From Spirochaetales bacterium (GTDB lineage: Bacteria; Spirochaetota; Spirochaetia; Treponematales; UBA12059), in the NCBI GenBank assembly GCA_016928955.1, contig JAFGJV010000020.1, forward strand, positions 1 through 32,867: DNA of 32,867 nucleotides, read 5' to 3'. Numbering within the stretch: the stretch's first letter is position 1; every line of letters begins with the position of its first letter. Below the pieces are notes generated by a model. It did no database searches. It was not told the DNA's origin and worked only from the letters and a program-made list of their open reading frames with translations. Below, in pieces: positions 8,962 to 18,661 of the stretch. A program made the translations under genes and the position numbers.

Positions 8962-11900
8962 ATGATGTATAGAAACGTTTTCAGGCGACTCTTGTTCCCG
9001 GCCGCGTGCATCCTGGCGCTCGTTGCGCTCATCGGGTGCTCGAGCAAGCCGCGGGACGGCGAGCCTGTGCCCCAAGGCTTGGGCGGAGACGCCATGGCCG
9101 CCGCTCCCATAGACATGGCAGATTTCAACCAGGCCATGGCCAGGCAGGAGCAGATAGAGGGCAGCCTGGTCCGCGGCTCCGTGGACCTCAGCTCGTCCAC
9201 CATTACCTACTACACCCAGGCATCCGTGTCTGACGCTAGCGCCCCGCTGGCGCCAGAAAACGGCCCCATGGAAATTGTCGACCATTCACCCGTGGGCGAA
9301 CTGCCCGTGGAAATGCGTCGCCCCACCATATACGTCATGTTCTCCCACCCGGTGGTACCGCTGGCCAAGCTCGGCGAGCCCATGCGCGACAGCCCCATTA
9401 TGACCGTGGAACCGGCCGTGCCCGGAACCTACCGCTGGTACGGCACGCGCGTTTTGTCCTTCGAGCCCGACGACACCCTGGTGGGCAATCCGCGGTACCG
9501 GGTGACCGTGACCGGAGACGTCAAGTCCCTGGGCGGCAAGAAGTTGGGCAAGGATTTTGAGTTCGAGTTTTACACGGAGACCCTGAAGGCGGTCAACCAT
9601 TATCCGGGAAACAGCACGGATACGGCGGGCTGGCTCCGGGAGGTGCCGACCGCCGTTGCCCGCTACGCCATCGTTGAATTCAACCAGCCCGTGGACCCGG
9701 ACCACCTGGCCGCCGGCATGGCGGTCACGGTAGGCAAATCCGAGGTGCCGTTCAAGCTGTCCAGGCCCGACTATCCGGAGGAGCTTGCGACCCGTACCGA
9801 CCGCGCCGTGCTGGTGACGCTGAAGAGCGACCCGCCCGAGGACACGCGGGTGACTATCACCCTGCGCAAGGGCGCCAGCCCCTTCAAGGGCTACCCGACC
9901 ACGGCGGCCGACCAGCAGCTCGAGTACAGCACCGTGACCCGCTTCCGCTACGAGGATCTCCATTCGTACTCGTACGACCTGCCGAGGAACAACAAGGCGG
10001 GAGCCCTGCCCGTGTACGCACGGTTCAGCCACCAGGTGGCCGCCGGGGCCAAGAAACTGGCCTGGAACGTGACCCTGAACGGTACGGCCGTCACGCCGGT
10101 GGCGGTGGACCTGTTCGGCAACACCGTGCGCGTCAACGTGAACGGGGCCGAGCCCGGCGACTCGATCGCGATCAAGGCGCCGGAGGGCGTCAAGGACGTG
10201 TACGGACGGGCCCTTTCCAACGCGGGCGCGTCCAATACCACGGTGATTCCCAACGCCAATCCCTTTGTGTCCTTCCCGTACTCGTCGTTCTACCACCTTG
10301 AGGCCGCCTATCCGCCCAAGCTTGTATGGGAGGCCCGCAACCTGGACGCCATGCGGCTGGGCATGGGAGAGGGGGATGCCGCGAACCTGATCAAAAGCGG
10401 CGCCGGCGCCCCCGCGCTGGAAACCGTGGACATGAGTTCCTGGAAGAAAAACCGCGTGCGCTATGTCATAGAGGACCTGGCGCCCTACCTGAACGGCAAG
10501 GGCTTTGGCACCGTGCTGTTCAACTGGGAAGCCGTGTACCAGAACCAATGGAGCAAATCGGCCTATACCCAGAGGGACAGCTTCGCGGTGCAGGTGACCG
10601 ACATAGGCGTGACCACGCGCTACGCGTACAACCGCGTGCTGGTATGGGCCAATTCCCTGTCAACCGGCAAGCCCCTGTCCGGCGCTGCTGTGAGCCTGGA
10701 ACGCATGTCGGGAGGAGCGGAATACAAGGCCACCACCGACAGGAACGGCTTGGCCGTCATAGACCTGGAACCCGGACAGTACCGGAGCATGTACGAGCCA
10801 ACGGCGCGAGCATATCACGCGGACATCCATATCACGGTGTCCAAGGGCGACGATACCGCCGAGCTTTTTGCCAACAGCACGCACAACGTATGGTCGTCAA
10901 GCCTGTACGGGCACAGTTATCCGCAGTACGTGGAGTTAACCCAGCAGCGCATCCTCATGTTCACCGACCGGGGCCTGTACAAGCCGGGTGAGGAACTGGC
11001 CCTGCGCGGCATCCACTGGAAACAGACCTTGTCCGAGTTCGAGCCCTACTCAGGGCCGTACTCCATGCAGTTGGACGACCCCCGCGACGGCACCCGCATT
11101 TGGAGCGAGCAGGGCACCACCACCGAGTCAGGCGGTTTTGCCCACAGGTTTACCCTGCCCGAGGGACTGGAACCCGGTTCCTACCGGCTTGAGTACCATG
11201 CGGGCGACACGCACTCGTCCGTGGCCTTTACGGTTGCCCAGTTCAGGCGCCTGACCTTCCAGGTGGACAGCCAGGTGCCACAGCGTCCTTTCTACCTGGG
11301 CGACGAGGTGGCTGTGGACGTGAACGCCAGCTACCTGGCAGGCGGGGCCATGCCCAGCGCGTCCTACACGTATTTCTGGACGCGGAAGCCGGCCGGTTTC
11401 ACGCCTCCGGGCACGCAATGGGACAAGCACGTGTTCGGGCCGGGCTCGTGGGAAGGCCAGCGTTTCCTGTCCAACGGAGAGGGCAACTTGAGCCCGTCCG
11501 GCCATGCCCAGATCAAGGAGAAGACTGACGGCCAGAACGCGTCAGGCTCCGCGTACTACTATATCCTGGAAACCACCGTGGTGGACGTGGACAGGCAGGC
11601 CATAGCGTCCACGGCGTCCGTGTTCGTGCATCCCGCGTCGTTCTACCTGGGCGTGCGCTTTGCCTCCCCGGCTGCGGACGGGTGGTGGAGCCGCTTTGTG
11701 TCCACCGGCAAGGACGTCAAGGCTGAGGTCGCCCTGGTGGACCCCGACGGCCGCCTGTGGGCCCGGGACGCCTCGCTGACCGCCCGGGTGACCAAGGGAA
11801 CCTGGAAACACACCGAACAGCAGGGCGTGTATGGCCGCGTGAACACGCGCTGGGAATACGTGGAAGAGGAAGTGGAAACCGCGGAGGTCAAGGCGTCAGG

Positions 11901-14808
11901 CGGCAAGGCCAGCTGGACCTTCCGGCCCAAGGATTCGGGCGACTACCTGATCAGCTTTGAGGGCAAGGATCCCCGCGGGCGCCTGGCCAAGACCAGCGTC
12001 CGGTTCTACGCCACGGGTTCGTCCTGGGTGCGCAACGCCACCGAGACCCCGTCGAGCATAGAGCTGATACCGGACCGTACCGAGTACCTGCCCGGACAGA
12101 CGGCGCGCATCCTGGTGCGTAGCCCCCTGTCGGACGCTCGCTACCTCCTGACCGTCGAGCGCCAGGGCATAGAGTCGCAGAAGATCATCACCATCAGCGA
12201 CGGCAACCCCGTCATCGAGATACCCATCACGGAAGACCATGTACCCGTCATATACGTGGCCCTGAGCTCGTGCACCAAGCGCGAGGCCCCTCCCACCGAC
12301 TACTTTGAGCCCGACTTGGGGCGGCCGCGCGGCATCTTTGGCATAGTCGGCCTTAAGGTGTCCACCGTGCCCGTTGAGCTGGACGTGGATGTCACGCCCC
12401 TGGAGGGAGCGTACAAGCCGGGCTCCAACGCCCAGGTGGCCGTACGCGTCACGCACAACGGCAAACCCGTGGCCAACGCGGAGCTCATCGTCATGGCGGT
12501 GGACCGCGGTGTTTTGGACCTGATCGACTACCACGTACCCGACCCCGTGGCCTACTTCTACGACCCGTCCCATTTCCCGCTGGCCGTGAGCGGCGACGAC
12601 TCGCGCAGGCTCCTCCTCAAGCCCGTAACCTACGACACGTCCGTGCTTACCGGCGGCGGCGGCGAAAAACCCCAGGAGCGCAAGGATTTCCGGCCTCTGG
12701 CCCTGTTTGAGCCCTTTGCCCGCACGGACTCGCGTGGCATGGCCCTGGTGTCCTTTGGCCTGCCCGACACCCTGACCACCTACCGCCTGACCGCTGTGGC
12801 CATCAACGGCAACCGCCTGGGACACTCGGAGGGCGAGCTCCTGGTGCAGAATCCCATCAACGTGCGCGCGGCCCTGCCGCGCCGCTTCCGCAACCGCGAC
12901 ACTGCGGTGGCGGGCGTGGTCATCCAGAACCTGACCAGCGTTGAGCAGAAGGTGGAGGTGAGCGCGGTCAGCGACCTCCTGCGCGTTGACGGCGAGTCGA
13001 CCAAGGCCGTCACGGTACCGGCGGGCGGCGTGTACGAGCTGCCCTTCCTCCTGGCAGCCACCACGCCGGGCGAGGGTAGCATAACCTTTACCATCCGGAG
13101 CGCCGTACTCAACGAGCGGCTGACGGAAAAGGTCACGGTTGAGCGCCCGCTGGTCAAGGAGGCTTTCTCCACCGTGGGTTCGGTGGCCCGGGACCAGAGC
13201 GTCGCCCAGGAAGGGCTGTCCCTGCCGTCGCGCATAGCGCCCGGTTACGGGAGCCTGACCGTCAAGCTGTCGTCCAGCCTCCGGCCCATGATCGAGCCGT
13301 CCATATACCGGCTCCTGGACGGGCCGGATCCCTGGTGGGGCTTCTACCGCTACCTGACCTATTCCTTTGCCTGCGCGTACGAAGGCGTTGGTGCACCCAC
13401 GGTGCGGTCGGTACAGAAGGAGCTGGAAGCCAGGCAGCTGCCGGGCGGCGGCATCTATGTTGGGGGCTGGCACTGGCAGCCCTTCCTGCCCGATCCCTAT
13501 ATCAGCCTCCTGGAAGCCCACTTCCTCATCTTTGCCAAGGAAAGGGGCCTTGAGCTGCCGGACGCGCCCCACCAGGAGCGCCTCCTAGACTACCTGGCAG
13601 GCCTCAAGTCCCAAAACGGTTTCAGCGCGTACTACCACGCCTATCTGGCCTATGTGCTCACGGAGGCCGGGCGGCGGGACAGCGCCTTCCTGGCCAAGGT
13701 GGAAGCGTACAAGGACGAGCTTGGACTGGGCGGTTACGGCCTCCTGGCCCAGGCATACCTTGCCGCGGGAGACAAGGACGGGGCCCGCAGGGTGTACCTG
13801 CGCTCCAAAAATTTCATGATGATCGGCACCCAGACCGTGGACGTCAAGGACAGCTACGAAGTGACCAACTACTGGAGCTCCCTGCTGGCCGAGATGGGCA
13901 TTTTCCTCAAGAACGCCTACGAGCTTGGCGAGGACAGCGGCCTGGTACAGAGGATAGCGGCCAGCATGGACCGCAGCGAGCGCTACTTTCGTACCTTGAA
14001 TGACGACCTGTGGATGCTACTCGGGTTCGTACCGCTTCTGGACGACGAAGGGCCGGCCTCGGGCGTGGCCACCGTCAGCGTTGGCTCGGCGGGCGCCGAG
14101 TTCCTCAAGCGCGAGCTCAGCGCGCAAGAACCCCGATCGGAGGACACGCTCCAGTTCGCGGACAAGCCCCTGGCCGACCTGCCGCGCGACACGGTTGTGC
14201 CTCTGGACTTCAACAAGCAGGGCGACACGCCTGTGTACTACACGACCATACTGCGCTACGCCCTGCCAACGGAAACGGCCCTGCCCAGGGACGAGGGCCT
14301 GGAGGTCAACGCGGTGTACGAGACCCTGGACGGCCAGAGCGTGGAACCGGGCAACCTGGTGCTGGGAGAAACCTACCGCGTGCGGGTCAACGTGGCCAGC
14401 TCAAAGAGGCGGCAACGCCTGGAGCTCCTGGTGCCCGTGCCCAACGGCGTGGAGATTGTCGACCCGACCTTTGTGACCACGGGCAGCTTTGCCAACCAGG
14501 GCGGCACGGGTTCGCAGACCATAACCAGGGAAACCGTGTACGGCGACACCATGGACGTGGAGGCTGAAGGCTACGGCTACTGGGACGGCGACTGGTACAT
14601 GTACTGGTACAGGCCCGACTACTTTGCCCTGGACAACATGATGGTGTACCGCTGGACGGATTTCTACGCAGGCAACCGGGAGGTGACCTTCCTGGTACGG
14701 GTGACAACGCCGGGCATCTACCCGACGCCGCCAGTAAGCGCCAGCCTGGAATTCGAGCCAGAGGTATTCGGCCGCTCGGGGGGTATGCTGTTTGTCATCA
14801 AGCCCTGA
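8962..14808 (+). CDS. Bacterial alpha-2-macroglobulin family lipoprotein (Ig-like + MG domains)
   Basis: Lipobox LIGC; VTDIG; FTDRGLYKPGE; AVDRGVLDL; GGGG...ERKDF bait-region pattern; LPDTLTTYRLTAVA; C-terminal TTPGIYPTPP...PEVFGRS. Followed by pbpC, with a GGAGG RBS. Confidence 0.93.
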   Translation: MMYRNVFRRLLFPAACILALVALIGCSSKPRDGEPVPQGLGGDAMAAAPIDMADFNQAMARQEQIEGSLVRGSVDLSSSTITYYTQASVSDASAPLAPENGPMEIVDHSPVGELPVEMRRPTIYVMFSHPVVPLAKLGEPMRDSPIMTVEPAVPGTYRWYGTRVLSFEPDDTLVGNPRYRVTVTGDVKSLGGKKLGKDFEFEFYTETLKAVNHYPGNSTDTAGWLREVPTAVARYAIVEFNQPVDPDHLAAGMAVTVGKSEVPFKLSRPDYPEELATRTDRAVLVTLKSDPPEDTRVTITLRKGASPFKGYPTTAADQQLEYSTVTRFRYEDLHSYSYDLPRNNKAGALPVYARFSHQVAAGAKKLAWNVTLNGTAVTPVAVDLFGNTVRVNVNGAEPGDSIAIKAPEGVKDVYGRALSNAGASNTTVIPNANPFVSFPYSSFYHLEAAYPPKLVWEARNLDAMRLGMGEGDAANLIKSGAGAPALETVDMSSWKKNRVRYVIEDLAPYLNGKGFGTVLFNWEAVYQNQWSKSAYTQRDSFAVQVTDIGVTTRYAYNRVLVWANSLSTGKPLSGAAVSLERMSGGAEYKATTDRNGLAVIDLEPGQYRSMYEPTARAYHADIHITVSKGDDTAELFANSTHNVWSSSLYGHSYPQYVELTQQRILMFTDRGLYKPGEELALRGIHWKQTLSEFEPYSGPYSMQLDDPRDGTRIWSEQGTTTESGGFAHRFTLPEGLEPGSYRLEYHAGDTHSSVAFTVAQFRRLTFQVDSQVPQRPFYLGDEVAVDVNASYLAGGAMPSASYTYFWTRKPAGFTPPGTQWDKHVFGPGSWEGQRFLSNGEGNLSPSGHAQIKEKTDGQNASGSAYYYILETTVVDVDRQAIASTASVFVHPASFYLGVRFASPAADGWWSRFVSTGKDVKAEVALVDPDGRLWARDASLTARVTKGTWKHTEQQGVYGRVNTRWEYVEEEVETAEVKASGGKASWTFRPKDSGDYLISFEGKDPRGRLAKTSVRFYATGSSWVRNATETPSSIELIPDRTEYLPGQTARILVRSPLSDARYLLTVERQGIESQKIITISDGNPVIEIPITEDHVPVIYVALSSCTKREAPPTDYFEPDLGRPRGIFGIVGLKVSTVPVELDVDVTPLEGAYKPGSNAQVAVRVTHNGKPVANAELIVMAVDRGVLDLIDYHVPDPVAYFYDPSHFPLAVSGDDSRRLLLKPVTYDTSVLTGGGGEKPQERKDFRPLALFEPFARTDSRGMALVSFGLPDTLTTYRLTAVAINGNRLGHSEGELLVQNPINVRAALPRRFRNRDTAVAGVVIQNLTSVEQKVEVSAVSDLLRVDGESTKAVTVPAGGVYELPFLLAATTPGEGSITFTIRSAVLNERLTEKVTVERPLVKEAFSTVGSVARDQSVAQEGLSLPSRIAPGYGSLTVKLSSSLRPMIEPSIYRLLDGPDPWWGFYRYLTYSFACAYEGVGAPTVRSVQKELEARQLPGGGIYVGGWHWQPFLPDPYISLLEAHFLIFAKERGLELPDAPHQERLLDYLAGLKSQNGFSAYYHAYLAYVLTEAGRRDSAFLAKVEAYKDELGLGGYGLLAQAYLAAGDKDGARRVYLRSKNFMMIGTQTVDVKDSYEVTNYWSSLLAEMGIFLKNAYELGEDSGLVQRIAASMDRSERYFRTLNDDLWMLLGFVPLLDDEGPASGVATVSVGSAGAEFLKRELSAQEPRSEDTLQFADKPLADLPRDTVVPLDFNKQGDTPVYYTTILRYALPTETALPRDEGLEVNAVYETLDGQSVEPGNLVLGETYRVRVNVASSKRRQRLELLVPVPNGVEIVDPTFVTTGSFANQGGTGSQTITRETVYGDTMDVEAEGYGYWDGDWYMYWYRPDYFALDNMMVYRWTDFYAGNREVTFLVRVTTPGIYPTPPVSASLEFEPEVFGRSGGMLFVIKP

Positions 14809-17074
14809 TTTTACGGTGGTTTTAAAGCGCCGCCGGGCCGCCGCCAGGACGCTCAGGATCCTGGTCTGCGCCCTGGCGGCGTATTTTGGGCTCGTGCGGC
14901 TTGCGCCCAGGGTCCTGCCCTACGCGGGGCAGGACGCCCTGGACGGCCTGCGTTTCTCGACCGTGCTGCTGGACGCCGAGGGCGGCGAGCTTCAGGTTTT
15001 GCCCCTGGACCAGGGCCTCAGGCGGGTGTACAGGCCGGCAGCCGAACAGCCGGCAACGTTGCGCCGCCTGGTGCTCCGCGCAGAGGACAAGCGCTTCTAC
15101 GCCCACCCCGGCGTGGACCCGATAGCGCTCGGGCGGGCCCTGATCCAGAACCTAGGCGGAGGCGGCACGGTCAGCGGGGCGTCCACGCTGAGCATGCAGG
15201 TGGCCAGGCTCATCACGCCCAGGCCGCGCACGCTGGGGGCCAAGCTGGCTGAGGCCTGGGAAGCTATCCAGCTGGAAAGCCGCCTTGGCAAGGCCGGCGT
15301 CCTGGACCTGTACCTCAACCTGCTCCCCTTCGGCCGCAACGTGGAGGGCTTTCCTGCGGCTGCCCGGGCGTATTTTGGCAAGGATATCAGCCTTTTAACG
15401 GATGCCCAGCTCATGGCCCTCTGCGTCATACCGCGCTCGCCGTCGGCTTATGACCCCTATAACCAGCGGGACGCGGCCATGGAGGCGATCAGGCGCCTTG
15501 CCCTGCTGTCCGGCAACGGCGAGGAGCTGGCCTCTAGGCTGGCCAGAGAAGCGGTGGACGGCGCCCTCGAGCCCGAGCGTCGCGACCTCTGGCCTTTTCG
15601 GGCGCCGCATTACGTGGCCTATCTGCAAAGATCGGGCGCGCTGGACCTGGAGCCCCGGGAATCGCGCTCTCCGATTGTCACGGGTATAGAGCCGGACCTG
15701 CAGGGCTACCTGGAGGGGCTCCTGGCCGATACGGTGGCCGAAGCCCGGGAAAAGCGCGTGTCCAACGCGGCGGCCCTGTTTGTGCGCCCGGCGGACATGA
15801 GGGTGGCTGCCTGGGTCGGCTCGATAGATTTCTCTGACCCGGCGGCGGGGCAGGTGGACGGCGTTACCATGTTGAGGCAGCCGGGATCCACGCTCAAGCC
15901 CTTCCTGTACGCCCTGGCGCTGGAGCAGGGCTTCACCGCGTCCACAGTCCTCCCGGACGTGCCCACGGATTTTGGCGGCGCGGAAGTGTACGTGCCGGCC
16001 AATTTCAACAACCAGTTCAACGGGCCGGTGCGTTTGCGCCAGGCCCTGGCGTCCAGCCTGAACATACCGGCAGTATACACGCTGGAGCGCCTGGGCGTGT
16101 CGCGCTTTTCCGAATTCCTGACCGAGCTGGGCTTTGACTCCCTGCGCGACCAGCTGGGCGGCCTGGGCCTGGGCCTGGCCCTGGGCAATGCCGAAGTGAG
16201 CCTGTACGAGCTCGTACGCGCGTACGGCAGCTTTGTCCATGGTGGGCAGAGGGTCGTCATCAATAACGGACCAGCTTGCCAGCCGGCCGAGGATCCGGAC
16301 GGCGCCCCGGCCATGGATCCGCGGATAGCGTCCCTGGTGCGCGACATACTCACGCGGCACCCGGACAGGGCCCTGGCCTTTGGCCTGGCCAACCGCCTGC
16401 GCTTTGAGGGCGCCATGAAGACGGGCACCAGCAACCAGTTCAACAACATCTGGGCGGTGGGTTTTACCACCGACTTGTTGGGCGGCGTGTGGATGGGCAA
16501 TTTTTCAGGCGCCACCGTGGTGGGCACGGCCGACTCCGGATACCCGGCCACCATGCTGTCCAAGACGCTGGAGCGATTTTCCGCCCACGCTCTCTTTCCG
16601 CCCCTGGCCGGCCTTGAGAAAAAACAGGTATGCGCCCTGTCAGGCATGGCCTCCGGCGAGTTCTGTCCCCACGTGATAGACGAGTGGTTTCTGCCAGGCA
16701 CAGAGCTGGCGGACTGCGACTGGCACCAGGCCGGCCCGAATGGCACAAGGATAAGCTACCCGCAGGAATATGCCGCATGGCTGGCGCGCTACCGCTACGC
16801 GGGGGCGGGAACCGCCGTTGCGGCCGACTTGCGCATAACGCGGCCCGTGGACGGCGCGGTGTTCTATCTGAACCCCGCGGAACCTGCTGAGGGCCAGGGC
16901 TTTCTCCTGCAGGCCACCGGTTCTGGAACGGGCAGCGTCCAGCTGGACGGCTCAACCTACTGGTCGGGGAGCTTCCCGGTGTCGGTATGGCTGCCTTTGC
17001 GTATTGGGAGCCACCACGTGGATGTGTTCCAGGACGGGGGAGGGTCGGCAGGCGTCCGGGTGGAGGTCCGTTAG
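14792..17074 (+). CDS. pbpC: Penicillin-binding protein 1C
   Basis: Transglycosylase motifs EDKRFYAHPGVD and GASTLSMQVAR; transpeptidase STLK, SLN and KTG; Cys-containing C-terminal region; adjacent to the macroglobulin gene. The TTG start is uncertain. Confidence 0.92.
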   Translation: MSSSPDFTVVLKRRRAAARTLRILVCALAAYFGLVRLAPRVLPYAGQDALDGLRFSTVLLDAEGGELQVLPLDQGLRRVYRPAAEQPATLRRLVLRAEDKRFYAHPGVDPIALGRALIQNLGGGGTVSGASTLSMQVARLITPRPRTLGAKLAEAWEAIQLESRLGKAGVLDLYLNLLPFGRNVEGFPAAARAYFGKDISLLTDAQLMALCVIPRSPSAYDPYNQRDAAMEAIRRLALLSGNGEELASRLAREAVDGALEPERRDLWPFRAPHYVAYLQRSGALDLEPRESRSPIVTGIEPDLQGYLEGLLADTVAEAREKRVSNAAALFVRPADMRVAAWVGSIDFSDPAAGQVDGVTMLRQPGSTLKPFLYALALEQGFTASTVLPDVPTDFGGAEVYVPANFNNQFNGPVRLRQALASSLNIPAVYTLERLGVSRFSEFLTELGFDSLRDQLGGLGLGLALGNAEVSLYELVRAYGSFVHGGQRVVINNGPACQPAEDPDGAPAMDPRIASLVRDILTRHPDRALAFGLANRLRFEGAMKTGTSNQFNNIWAVGFTTDLLGGVWMGNFSGATVVGTADSGYPATMLSKTLERFSAHALFPPLAGLEKKQVCALSGMASGEFCPHVIDEWFLPGTELADCDWHQAGPNGTRISYPQEYAAWLARYRYAGAGTAVAADLRITRPVDGAVFYLNPAEPAEGQGFLLQATGSGTGSVQLDGSTYWSGSFPVSVWLPLRIGSHHVDVFQDGGGSAGVRVEVR

Positions 17075-17102
17075 GCATCCGCCACCCGGGCGCGTGCTGG
17101 GC

Positions 17103-18389
17103 TTACTGGCGCTGGGCCTTGGGCCGTATGCGGTCAAAGCCGCAGTAGGGGACCAGGGCCGCGGGCATGCGCACGGAGCCGTCGGCCTCCTGGTAGTTTT
17201 CCAGTATGGCCACGATGGCGCGCGAGCAGGCCAGGGCGGTGCCGTTCAGTCCGTGGACAAACTTGTTTTTGCCGTCGTCGTCCTTGTAGCGCACGCCCAG
17301 GCGCCGGGCCTGGTAGTCCGTGCAATTGGACGTGCTGGTAACCTCGCCCCACTCACCGCCGTTGCGGCCGGGCATCCATGCCTCCAGGTCCCACTTGCGG
17401 TAGGCCGGCGCGCCAAGGTCGCCCGTGCATGTGTCCACCACGCGGAAGGGTATGCCCAGCTCGCTGAACAGCTCTTCCTCTATCTGGCGCAGTTCGCCAT
17501 GGATGCGCTCTGAATCCTCGGGCAGGCAGTACACGAACATCTCGGCCTTGGTGAACTGGTGCACTCGGTACAGGCCCTTGGAGAACTGGCCGGCGGCCCC
17601 GGCTTCCCGGCGGAAGCAGTGCGACACGCCCACCAGCTTGAGAGGCAGCTGGGCTTTGTCCAGGATCTGGTCGGAGTAATAGCCGCCCAGGGTGATTTCC
17701 GCCGTGCCGATCAGGCAGAGATCCTCCTCCGCCAGGCGGTACACGTTGCTCTCCGCACCGCGCGGGTTGAAGCCTATGCCTTCCAGGATTTCCGTCTTGG
17801 CAAGGTCGGGCGTGGAGAAGGGCATGAAGCCCTTGGACATGAGCCTGTCCACGGCAAAGCGTACCAGGGCCATTTCCAGGAGCACGCCCTCGTTCTTGAG
17901 GAAGTAGAATTTCGTGCCCGTCACCTTGGTGCCGGCGTCAAAGTCCAGGATGTCCAGGAGCGCCCCAAGGGCCACGTGGTCCCTGGGCTCAAAGTCAAAG
18001 CTGGTGGGAGTGCCAACGCGCTTGACCTCAAGGTTGTCCTTGTCTTCCTTGCCCCGGGGCGAGTCCGGATGGGCCATGTTGGGAATTTGGGACAGGGCGT
18101 CCTTGAGTTCCCGCTCGGCGGATTCCAGGCGGGACTCGAGCGCGGCTATGCCTTCCTTCAGCGACTTGCCCTCGTCGATCAGGGCCTGGCGCTCGGCGTC
18201 GGGCAGCTTGCCCTTCATGGCGGACGCCACCTCGTTGCGGCGGCGGCGGCGCTCCTCCAGTTCCTTGATGGCGTCTGCGCGCTCGTCGGCAAGGCGGATG
18301 GCCGCGTCTGGGTCGGCTTTCATGTAGCGGTCCGCTATGTTGGCCTTGACCGCGTCGATATTGTCCCGGATGAATTTGATGTCTAGCAT
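17103..18389 (-). CDS. serS: Serine-tRNA ligase
   Basis: MLDIKFIR, an N-terminal coiled coil, GTAE, CFRREAG, GLYRVHQFTK, STSNCTDYQARRL and LNGT. Confidence 0.98.
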   Translation of the reverse strand: MLDIKFIRDNIDAVKANIADRYMKADPDAAIRLADERADAIKELEERRRRRNEVASAMKGKLPDAERQALIDEGKSLKEGIAALESRLESAERELKDALSQIPNMAHPDSPRGKEDKDNLEVKRVGTPTSFDFEPRDHVALGALLDILDFDAGTKVTGTKFYFLKNEGVLLEMALVRFAVDRLMSKGFMPFSTPDLAKTEILEGIGFNPRGAESNVYRLAEEDLCLIGTAEITLGGYYSDQILDKAQLPLKLVGVSHCFRREAGAAGQFSKGLYRVHQFTKAEMFVYCLPEDSERIHGELRQIEEELFSELGIPFRVVDTCTGDLGAPAYRKWDLEAWMPGRNGGEWGEVTSTSNCTDYQARRLGVRYKDDDGKNKFVHGLNGTALACSRAIVAILENYQEADGSVRMPAALVPYCGFDRIRPKAQRQ

Positions 18390-18398
18390 GGTGGCGCC

Positions 18399-18427
18399 AT
18401 GATAGAGGAAAAGGCGGCGCGGCGCAA
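18399..18427 (-). promoter_or_regulatory. Sigma70-type promoter of serS
   Basis: Minus strand TTGCGC (18427-18422), 17 nt, TATCAT (18404-18399), 9 nt before the ATG. Confidence 0.6.
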
Positions 18428-18449
18428 TCGGTCCCGCGCGGCCTTGCCC

Positions 18450-18479
18450 TTGTGCTAGGCTCCCCTTTTTTGCTAGTCT
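18450..18479 (+). promoter_or_regulatory. Sigma70-type promoter of the small ORF-prfA-prmC-rel operon
   Basis: TTGTGC (18450-18455), 18 nt, TAGTCT (18474-18479), with a TGn extension, 5 nt before ATG 18485. Confidence 0.55.
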
Positions 18480-18484
18480 GAGGC

Positions 18485-18661
18485 ATGAAACTAGAGATCA
18501 ACCCCCGGGGCAACGGCGCCTGTCCGCTGTGCGTGTACGACAAGAACTGCAGGCTGAAGAAAAAGCTGGCGGACAACGTTGACGAGGTGAACCCGTCTCC
18601 CGACCTGGAGATGGAGATTGTCATCTACAACTGCCCTTACTTCAAGGAAAAGCTGGCGTGA
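18485..18661 (+). CDS. 58-aa four-cysteine hypothetical protein (absent from the ORF track)
   Basis: Translates as [58 protein letters not shown]. The stop overlaps the prfA start (GTGA), codons are strongly GC3-biased, and it fills the gap between promoter and prfA. Confidence 0.8.
   Translation: MKLEINPRGNGACPLCVYDKNCRLKKKLADNVDEVNPSPDLEMEIVIYNCPYFKEKLA

Noticed and set aside
9286..13572. Long minus-strand ORFs (420 aa and 558 aa) inside the macroglobulin gene
   Set aside because: Shadow frames of a high-GC gene with no domain signal.
16155..16187. GGCCTG tandem repeat in pbpC
   Set aside because: Encodes GLGLGLALG, a variant of the usual PBP1C GLSLALG segment; not a separate repeat element.
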